From an uncultured Candidatus Saccharibacteria bacterium (GTDB lineage: Bacteria; Patescibacteriota; Saccharimonadia; Saccharimonadales; JAUPVS01), in NCBI GenBank assembly GCA_964462215.1, contig CAYWVZ010000002.1, forward strand, positions 2,880 to 66,879: a DNA stretch of 64,000 bases, in the 5' to 3' direction. Position 1 is the first letter of the stretch, and each line of letters opens with the position of its first letter. Both the position numbers and the translations under genes were made by a program. The notes under the pieces are model-generated. The model made no database searches. It had not been told where the DNA came from and was given only the letters and a program-made list of their open reading frames with translations. Shown here one piece after another: positions 57,588-64,000 of the stretch.

Positions 57588-57853
57588 TCGGCGTAATGGT
57601 ACCGGCATGCAATCACGCAAACCGCCTCTTGATTAACTGCGTAAACCAACCGGTGTTCACTGGTTATACGGCGCGACCACAGGCCAGTCAGGTTTTCTTT
57701 GAGCGGCTCCGGTTTGCCGGTGCCGGCAAAGGGGTCTTTCTGTGTTTCAATGATTAGCCGAGTTATCTTTTGGGCCGTTTTCTTGTCGGTCTTTTGCCAA
57801 AACGTATAGTCACTCCAACCGGTTGCCGTAAAGTGGACGGAGCGCTTAGCCAT
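57584..57853 (-). CDS. yoeB: YoeB/Txe toxin (type II TA).
   Basis: FTATGWSDYTFWQKTDKKTAQKITRLIIETQKDPF...LWSRRITSEHRLVY. Confidence 0.85.
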   Translation of the reverse strand: MAKRSVHFTATGWSDYTFWQKTDKKTAQKITRLIIETQKDPFAGTGKPEPLKENLTGLWSRRITSEHRLVYAVNQEAVCVIACRYHYAE

Positions 57854-57855
57854 AG

Positions 57856-58113
57856 CTACATTAATTCACTGACAGGTTTCTGGATAGTTTTGCCGGCACG
57901 TAGCTGTACTAGACCCGTCTCAAGGTGCTTACGCATGGCCGGACTCTGATTAAGGTACTCTGTTTCAGTCAGGGCATTGTATTCGTCGAGTGGAATAACT
58001 ACCACCGACACGCTGTCGGTCCGGGTAACAATTAGCGGCTCCTGGTCTTGGTCAACCGCATCAATGTACTGTTTTAACGACTTACGAAAATCTGATACTG
58101 AGGCAACTTTCAT
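57856..58113 (-). CDS. yefM: YefM/Phd antitoxin.
   Basis: MKVASVSDFRKSLKQYIDAV...EPLIVTR...VVVIPLDEYNALTET. Confidence 0.85.
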   Translation of the reverse strand: MKVASVSDFRKSLKQYIDAVDQDQEPLIVTRTDSVSVVVIPLDEYNALTETEYLNQSPAMRKHLETGLVQLRAGKTIQKPVSELM

Positions 58114-58167
58114 AGTATCTCCTTGTACATAACATTGTACATTAGTACGTACGTAGCAGCAAGCCTA

Positions 58168-59223
58168 TTACTCCTCTGTTTTGGCCGCAGCACGCACTTG
58201 TTTAGAGATTTTATCAAGCACTTTGGGGTTGGCTTCAAGATATTCTTTGGCAGCTTCGCGGCCTTGGGCGATTTTTTCGTCGCCGTACGCGAACCAGGCA
58301 CCGGATTTATCGATAATTTCGTCGGCTACCGCCAGATCGAGCACATCGCCGCTAACGCTAATCCCCTTGTTGTACATAATATCGAATTCGGCCTGACGGA
58401 ACGGCGGCGCGATTTTGTTCTTGACCACTTTTACCCGAACCCGGCTGCCGATGATTTCTTCGCCTTGTTTGATCTGCGAGATGCGGCGGATATCCATACG
58501 TACTGAGGCATAGAACTTGAGAGCGTTACCGCCAGTGGTGGTTTCGGGGTTGCCAAACATCACGCCGATCTTCATGCGGATCTGGTTAATAAAGATAACC
58601 GTGGCTTTGGACTTGTTAATAACACCGGTTAGCTTACGCAGAGCCTGACTCATAAGGCGGGCTTGCAAGCCCATGTGCGAATCACCCATGTCGCCTTCGA
58701 TCTCGGCACGCGGTACCAAAGCGGCTACCGAGTCAATGACGATCAGGTCGACGGCATTACTGCGCACTAGGGTTTCGACAATTTCCAATGCTTGTTCGCC
58801 GCTGTCCGGCTGACTCAGCAAAAGGTTGGCCGTATCTACACCGATACGCTGGGCGTAGGCCGGATCCAGCGCGTGTTCGGCATCAATAAAAGCTGCCGTG
58901 CCGCCCTGTTTTTGGACCTCGGCAATGGCGTGCAGTGTTAGCGTTGTCTTACCGCTGGATTCGGGGCCGTAGACTTCGACCACGCGGCCCTTTGGGATAC
59001 CGCCGCCTAAGGCTATGTCCAAAGAGATACTGCCGGTCGGGATACATTCCACCTGTACCTTGTACGCTTCGCCCAACTTCATAATCGAACCTTTGCCAAA
59101 CTGTTTTTCGATAGTCTCTAGAGCCAGCCCCAGGGCTTTGGTTTTACCCTCGGTTTGGGCGTTGTCGGCCTTTGGTTTGGGTGCATTGTCTTTTGTTGCC
59201 ACAGGTTCCTCCACGTGTGTCAT
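58168..59223 (-). CDS. recA: Recombinase RecA.
   Basis: [10 protein letters not shown] Walker A, full-length RecA. Start at MTHVEEP (59223). Confidence 0.95.
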   Translation of the reverse strand: MTHVEEPVATKDNAPKPKADNAQTEGKTKALGLALETIEKQFGKGSIMKLGEAYKVQVECIPTGSISLDIALGGGIPKGRVVEVYGPESSGKTTLTLHAIAEVQKQGGTAAFIDAEHALDPAYAQRIGVDTANLLLSQPDSGEQALEIVETLVRSNAVDLIVIDSVAALVPRAEIEGDMGDSHMGLQARLMSQALRKLTGVINKSKATVIFINQIRMKIGVMFGNPETTTGGNALKFYASVRMDIRRISQIKQGEEIIGSRVRVKVVKNKIAPPFRQAEFDIMYNKGISVSGDVLDLAVADEIIDKSGAWFAYGDEKIAQGREAAKEYLEANPKVLDKISKQVRAAAKTEE

Positions 59224-59350
59224 TAGTACCCACCAGTATAGACGGCGGCGCGTACCCTGACAACGACAAGTTGACTCCACCCCTGTTTGATTTCCTAATT
59301 TTTAATTAAGTGTTTAGATTTTTAGGGGCTTTTTTGGCAGCCCGGCAAAT

Positions 59351-59884
59351 ATGCTACAATTACCAACAGAGACAATGCTTATGCTCACACGATTATTTGC
59401 CCGACGTCTGCCATCACAAAAAGGTTTTACCGTGCCAGAATTGCTGCTGATGGTGCTGGTGATTATCATTTTGGCCAGTTTGGTGTTGGTGAATTATCAG
59501 GCGGCCGCGGCCAAACGGCGCGACACCCAGCGTATTAACGATATTAACTCTATCTACAGTAAACTGGAGACATATTACAACGAGAAAGATGCCTATCCGG
59601 CGACGTTTTCGGCCGAGGATTTGTTTAACATTGACCCGAATAGCCTGAAAGACCCCGAGGGCCGGACTATCGACATCCACGTTCCGGTAGCCGGTGCGAC
59701 TGCCGCCCAAGCTGTTGCCAGCCCCACGGCCACCAGTCCGTCAGATTATCTGTATGTGCCCTACCCGACCGGCTGTACTAACGAAGCCAACAACTGTACC
59801 GGCTTTATTCTCAAAAGCTATATCGAAAAACCGACCAGCACCACGCCGAACCCCTACATTAAAGTCGGCCTGAACAATAATTAA
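59351..59884 (+). CDS. Type IV pilin / pseudopilin-like protein (prepilin N-terminal cleavage/methylation domain).
   Basis: ...KGFTVPELLLMVLVIIILASLVL N-terminal motif (G|FT-x-x-E-L hydrophobic helix). Confidence 0.65.
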   Translation: MLQLPTETMLMLTRLFARRLPSQKGFTVPELLLMVLVIIILASLVLVNYQAAAAKRRDTQRINDINSIYSKLETYYNEKDAYPATFSAEDLFNIDPNSLKDPEGRTIDIHVPVAGATAAQAVASPTATSPSDYLYVPYPTGCTNEANNCTGFILKSYIEKPTSTTPNPYIKVGLNNN

Positions 59885-60477
59885 GACTGATTGTGGGCTG
59901 GCGGCGGCTGAACGGCCGGAATGGTTGCGTTGGCGGCATCCGGCAGGTGCAGGAATTTCTGGCGGGCATCCAGAAGGATCTTGCCATAGTAATTAGGGTT
60001 CGGGCAGTAGATAAAGCGAAAGTTGTTCTGCTCGCCGGCGGTTTCTACGCGCAGCGTACCGTAACCGAACAGGTGGGCAAAGATACCATGCTGGTCGGCC
60101 GTGACATCTTCGACATTAGCCATCGACAACTCCGAGACCTGGCGGCTAAACAGGCCGCGCTGCAACACCTGGGTGATGTTTTTGTCGCTGATAATCAGCC
60201 GGTTCTGCCAATAGACTTGGGTTGCCACCACTAGTATTAACAAGCCCAGTATCACTACCAGAAAGGTGCCGACACCGACGTAAACACCAGTATCGCCGGC
60301 CAGACCGTCACCAGTCAAGCCGGGCAGCAGGAACACCGTTAGCCCGACGGCCGCTATCAAGCCTATAAACACCTCTACATAGATGACTACCAGGCCGAAG
60401 ATGTGACGGCGAACGTTGGCCAATAACCGTTCGTCTCTATTGATGCCTTCGATGCCGCTGTTGGGTCGGGGATGCAT
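59881..60477 (-). CDS. Bacterial PH-domain (bPH_2/YdbS-like) membrane protein.
   Basis: Two TM segments followed by a PH-like domain (NITQVLQRGLFSRQVSELSMANVEDV...GTLRVETAG). Confidence 0.55.
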   Translation of the reverse strand: MHPRPNSGIEGINRDERLLANVRRHIFGLVVIYVEVFIGLIAAVGLTVFLLPGLTGDGLAGDTGVYVGVGTFLVVILGLLILVVATQVYWQNRLIISDKNITQVLQRGLFSRQVSELSMANVEDVTADQHGIFAHLFGYGTLRVETAGEQNNFRFIYCPNPNYYGKILLDARQKFLHLPDAANATIPAVQPPPAHNQS

Positions 60478-60496
60478 AGCCGTATTATAGCAAGCT

Positions 60497-61507
60497 TTAC
60501 AGTAGTGTTTGGTTTTTACCGAGGTGTTTGTAGGCTTTGTGGGTAACTTTTCGGCCGCGCGGCGTCCGCTCCAGCAAGCCAATCTGCAAGAGATACGGCT
60601 CGTGAAAATCTTCAATGGTAGAACGCTCCTCGGCAGTTAGCGCGGCCAGCGTTTCCACGCCCACCGGCCCGCCGTTATAGTTGTCAATGATAGCCATCAG
60701 CAGCATGCGGTCGGCCGGATCCAGGCCGAGCTCGTCAATTTCCAGCAAACCGAGCGCCTTGCGGCTGATGACCGTGTCGATAATGCCATCGCCATTAACG
60801 TCGGCGTAATCACGTACCCGTTTGAGCAGACGGTTGGCAATCCGCGGCGTCAACCGGGCCCGTTTGGCCAATTCGTGGGCAGCTCCTTGGTCAATCGGTA
60901 CGCTTAAAATCTTGGCAGCCCGCTCGATGATCTGCTGGACTTCTTCTGGCTTATAAAACTCCAGGCGGTGAATCATGCCAAAACGGTCGCGCAGCGGCGC
61001 CGCCAGGGCACCCGTCCGCGTGGTAGCACCGATAATCGTGAACTTGGGCAGATCCAGGCGCAAGCTGCGCGCACTCGGCCCTTTGCCGAGCATGATATCC
61101 AGCTTAAAATCTTCCATGGCGCTATATAACACCTCTTCGACGCTGCGGTTCAGGCGATGGATTTCATCAATGAAAAGGATATCGCCGTCTTGTAGGTTAG
61201 TCAGCAGACTAGCCAGGTCGCCGGCCCGCTCAATGGCCGGCCCGCTGGTGACCCGGATTTGCGCACCCATTTCGTGGGCAATAACTGTGGCCATGGTAGT
61301 TTTGCCCAAACCCGGCGGGCCGTACAGCAAGATGTGGTCAAGCGGCTCGCCGCGTTTCTGGGCGGCCCTTATAGCCAACTGTAAATTCTGCTTGAGCCGT
61401 TGTTGACCGATGTAGTTCTTGAAGTCCTGCGGCCGCAAGGTAATTTCCAGCTCGACTTCGGCCGGATCGTCATCGCTGGTAGTGGTAATAATTCGCTCAA
61501 TCGCCAT
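60497..61507 (-). CDS. ruvB: Holliday junction helicase RuvB.
   Basis: [18 protein letters not shown]. Confidence 0.95.
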   Translation of the reverse strand: MAIERIITTTSDDDPAEVELEITLRPQDFKNYIGQQRLKQNLQLAIRAAQKRGEPLDHILLYGPPGLGKTTMATVIAHEMGAQIRVTSGPAIERAGDLASLLTNLQDGDILFIDEIHRLNRSVEEVLYSAMEDFKLDIMLGKGPSARSLRLDLPKFTIIGATTRTGALAAPLRDRFGMIHRLEFYKPEEVQQIIERAAKILSVPIDQGAAHELAKRARLTPRIANRLLKRVRDYADVNGDGIIDTVISRKALGLLEIDELGLDPADRMLLMAIIDNYNGGPVGVETLAALTAEERSTIEDFHEPYLLQIGLLERTPRGRKVTHKAYKHLGKNQTLL

Positions 61508-62091
61508 TACTGGGTTCCTTTGAGGGCTTGTGTAATACGTTGTTCGGTTGGCAGAGCGGCATCGACGCCGTCCAAGGCTTTGGCGGCGTCGGCAAGCGTG
61601 TAGCCCAGGCTAACCAGGCCGGCTACCGCTTCGTCTTTGACGAGCAGTCCTTCGGACTGGAGCAGGCCAGCGGCGCCCAAATCCACGCCGGCCAGACCCA
61701 CTTTGTCTTTGAGGTCGACAACCACGCGCTCAGCCACCCGCTTGCCAACGCCGCTGGCCTGCTGAATAAATTTGACATCGCCGGCGGCGATGGCCGTTTT
61801 AACCTCTTCGGCCGAGCCAATACTTAACATGTTAAGTGCCATGCGGGGTCCGACGCCGTTGACTGTCAATAGCAGCTCGAACAAAACCTTAGTCGGCCGG
61901 CTGGCAAACCCGAACAGGTCGTGCGAAGCTTCGCGGATGTACTCATATATATAGACCTTGGTGGTTTCGCCTACCGTCAAGCGGCTAAAATCCTCGGCCG
62001 TTACGAACAGGCCGTAGCCGACGCCGCTAACGTCCAGCACGACTATATCGTCCAATTTCTCACCGATTATTCCCTCAAGCGTAGCAATCAT
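61507..62091 (-). CDS. ruvA: Holliday junction DNA-binding protein RuvA.
   Basis: MIATLEGII...GVGYGLFV..., HhH motifs [12 protein letters not shown]. Confidence 0.9.
   Translation of the reverse strand: MIATLEGIIGEKLDDIVVLDVSGVGYGLFVTAEDFSRLTVGETTKVYIYEYIREASHDLFGFASRPTKVLFELLLTVNGVGPRMALNMLSIGSAEEVKTAIAAGDVKFIQQASGVGKRVAERVVVDLKDKVGLAGVDLGAAGLLQSEGLLVKDEAVAGLVSLGYTLADAAKALDGVDAALPTEQRITQALKGTQ
61822..61837. repeat. Perfect 16-bp palindrome ACTTAACATGTTAAGT (copy E, inside ruvA).
   Basis: Read directly from the sequence. Confidence 0.9.
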
Positions 62092-62100
62092 ACGGGTATA

Positions 62101-62574
62101 TTATCGCATACTCATGCTGCAACAGATAGCTGCCGCCAGCGCGTCGGCGGCATCATCGGGCTTGGGCACTTCTTTCAGCCCCAATAATACCCGTACCATC
62201 TCTTGTATTTGCTTCTTGTCGGCACGGCCATAACCGGTCAAGGTCTGTTTAATCTGTAGCGGTGTAAATTCGTGCAGCTCCAGCCCGTGTTGCTTGCCGC
62301 AGAGCAGTACCACGCCGCGAGCTTGCGACACAGTCATAGCAGTGGTTACATTCTGCGCAAAAAACAGTTTTTCAACTGACATTACGGTTGGTTTGCAGGC
62401 CGTAATAACCTCGTGTAATTCGTCATAAATAGTTTGCAGGCGGTCACTGTCCGGCTGTTTGGCGGGCGTACGGATCACACCGGCGTCAACCAGTTTCGCC
62501 TGGCCGTTGGCGGCGACGTCAATCACTCCGAACCCCAAGATGCCCGTACCCGGATCAATGCCAAGAATCCTCAT
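62101..62574 (-). CDS. ruvC: Holliday junction resolvase RuvC.
   Basis: MRILGIDPGT...GYGRADKKQ...DDAADALAAAIC. Confidence 0.9.
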   Translation of the reverse strand: MRILGIDPGTGILGFGVIDVAANGQAKLVDAGVIRTPAKQPDSDRLQTIYDELHEVITACKPTVMSVEKLFFAQNVTTAMTVSQARGVVLLCGKQHGLELHEFTPLQIKQTLTGYGRADKKQIQEMVRVLLGLKEVPKPDDAADALAAAICCSMSMR

Positions 62575-62612
62575 GATGTTAGCGTACCATACCGTAAGGT
62601 GTTTTTGTTACA

Positions 62613-63689
62613 ATGAAGACCATGACTGCCGAACAGCACTGGAAAGCGACACGGGCTCAGGTCGATCAGCGACTGCAGTCGTACCTTAAGGCCCAGCAAA
62701 AACAGGCCGCTGCCCGGAACCCTGCCGAACAACGCCTCTGGCAACTGCTGACTGAAGTAGTTTTGCGCGGCGGCAAACGATTGCGGCCATATCTGGTGAT
62801 ATGGGCTTACGAAGTCTGCGGCGGCACCACTAAACCGGCCGGCATTGACGCAGCCATTGCCTGGGAACTGCTCCACCAAGGCCTGCTTATTCATGACGAT
62901 ATTATTGACCACGACTATATCCGCCATGGCCACCCCAATGTTGCCGGCAAATTAAGAAGCTACTATTCAAAAGATCTGAATGAGGCCGACCGCAACCATT
63001 ACGCCGATAGCGGCGCCTTGCTAGCAGGAGATTTGGCTTTGTCGAGCGCGTATCAGTTACTGTTGGGCGCTGGCTTTCCAGCCGACCGCACCGCGCACGC
63101 CTGCCGGATCTTGGGTGAAAGTACCGCCACGGTTATCGGCGGTGAGCTGCTTGATACCGAAGCCGTCCTGGAGCCTTTCGGCACTACGAATTACTTACTA
63201 ATAGCCGAGCGTAAAACCGCCAGCTATAGTTTTGTCGGTCCGCTGCAGTGCGGGGCCGCCTTGGCCGGGGCGAACGCCTCAACCCTTGCCAAGCTGGCCG
63301 AGCTAGGCAATGCCCTGGGCATCGCTTTCCAGCTGGCTGATGACCTGCTTGGCCTATTTGGTGATCCGGCCGTTACCGGCAAACCGAACGATAGCGATAT
63401 ACGCGAAGGCAAACGGACCCTGTTGCTGCAGTACACGCTAGAAGCGGCCAGCCCTAAAGAAGTAACCTTCATTAAACAGGTAGCGGGTAAGACTACAGCC
63501 ACCGCCAGTGAGATTAACCGTTTTCGCACACTGGTTGAGAAAACCGGCGCCCGGGCCAAGGTCGAACAGCAAGTGAATGATTATCTTGACCAGGCTGACG
63601 CCGCGGTTGGCAGGCTTGCTATGCCCGACCCGACCCACCAAGACCGTTACGATTTTTGGGCCAGTAAGCTTCGGCAACGAAAATTATAG
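62613..63689 (+). CDS. Polyprenyl diphosphate synthase (trans-isoprenyl diphosphate synthase family).
   Basis: FARM LLIHDDIIDHD and SARM FQLADDLLGLFGD. Confidence 0.85.
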   Translation: MKTMTAEQHWKATRAQVDQRLQSYLKAQQKQAAARNPAEQRLWQLLTEVVLRGGKRLRPYLVIWAYEVCGGTTKPAGIDAAIAWELLHQGLLIHDDIIDHDYIRHGHPNVAGKLRSYYSKDLNEADRNHYADSGALLAGDLALSSAYQLLLGAGFPADRTAHACRILGESTATVIGGELLDTEAVLEPFGTTNYLLIAERKTASYSFVGPLQCGAALAGANASTLAKLAELGNALGIAFQLADDLLGLFGDPAVTGKPNDSDIREGKRTLLLQYTLEAASPKEVTFIKQVAGKTTATASEINRFRTLVEKTGARAKVEQQVNDYLDQADAAVGRLAMPDPTHQDRYDFWASKLRQRKL

Positions 63690-63713
63690 ACAACACTCTC
63701 ACTCCAGCAGCGT

Positions 63714-63742
63714 TACCGGCAGCGTTACCGGTAGGGTTTTTT
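63714..63742 (+). terminator. Candidate intrinsic terminator (TACCGG / CCGGTA stem followed by a T6 tract) after the polyprenyl synthase gene.
   Basis: ttaccggcagcgttaccggtagggttttttgc has a 6-bp stem, 8-nt loop and T-tract. It also lies at the end of a convergent partial ORF. Confidence 0.35.
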
Positions 63743-64000
63743 GCTCTTGTTTCTTCCCCTGTCTGTAACTGCGTGACGTAACCGGCGTAGGCCGTTACGA
63801 GCGTCGTTGCGGTATTCATAGGCTATGTATCCGAAAATCAGTACCAGCACGCCTAATAAGATTTTGTAATTCTGGTTGGTCTTGGCCGCCTGTGTGTCAG
63901 CATTGTTGCTGGTACGGGCAGCAGCTACCTTACGGCAGCGGTTGGTTTGGGGGTTGCGCTCCTGGCCGGGTTCACACGGCTTGGGTGTAGCCGCGGACGA
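63725..64000 (-). CDS. Partial ORF (C-terminal 91 codons; the N-terminus lies beyond the window end). The C-terminal TM helix is followed by a basic tail.
   Basis: Reverse translation ...KTNQNYKILLGVLVLIFGYIAYEYRNDARNGLRRLRH...KSKKPYR*. Open to the window edge. Confidence 0.3.
   Translation of the reverse strand, partial: SSAATPKPCEPGQERNPQTNRCRKVAAARTSNNADTQAAKTNQNYKILLGVLVLIFGYIAYEYRNDARNGLRRLRHAVTDRGRNKSKKPYR

Overview
This is a 64 kb bacterial chromosomal segment. Gene content is consistent with a small-genome, Gram-positive-type lineage, possibly Candidatus Saccharibacteria/CPR. Supporting observations are the many scattered tRNAs, a truncated TsaB, sortase, LCP, an L,D-transpeptidase and a type IV pilin; this assignment cannot be verified from the sequence alone. 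The window is gene-dense on both strands and contains no rRNA, no CRISPR array and no obvious transposase.

Confidently recognisable genes include:
- Peptidoglycan precursor enzymes MurD, MurI, MurB and an HTH-fused MurA.
- Folate/one-carbon enzymes FolD, FolA and GlyA.
- Recombination and repair genes recA-yefM-yoeB-recX and ruvCAB.
- An rny-ymdB-MBL operon, TsaE/TsaB, a P1B-type ATPase, a MarR-MFS pair, a UbiB-type kinase, three ABC exporter components, a polyprenyl synthase, VKOR, two NUDIX hydrolases and peptidase S51.
- Cell-envelope genes: an L,D-transpeptidase, an LCP protein, an M15 peptidase, and a sortase with a large adjacent surface protein.
- A divergent polysaccharide deacetylase / GT2 synthase pair resembling a pga/ica-type exopolysaccharide locus.
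- A sensor histidine kinase plus three tandem stand-alone receiver proteins.
- Eight tRNAs: Lys-CTT, Arg-TCG, His-GTG, Arg-TCT, Trp-CCA, Pro-CGG, Pro-TGG, plus a type II TA pair of each of HicAB and YefM/YoeB.

The most unusual features are:
- A perfect 16-bp AT-rich palindrome (ACTTAAC-N2-GTTAAGT) present at least five times, mostly inside coding regions, including recX, ruvA, murI and the glyA 3' end.
- A small tRNA-flanked islet at the window centre, directly followed by a membrane-anchored double-ring Clp-like AAA+ ATPase that overlaps a small membrane protein.
- An AT-rich islet at 4.6-6.9 kb (possible ADP-ribosyltransferase-fold protein, Ham1 ITPase, antitoxin-like ORF, 2H phosphoesterase).
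- A hendecad (11-residue) repeat protein encoded by 33-bp tandem DNA repeats.
- An XRE-HTH::MurA fusion.
- A YefM-YoeB module spliced into the recA-recX operon with ATGA coupling to recX.
- A putative clan-CD (caspase-like) His/Cys protein.

All calls are from reading the translated ORFs and the sequence; no database searches were run.
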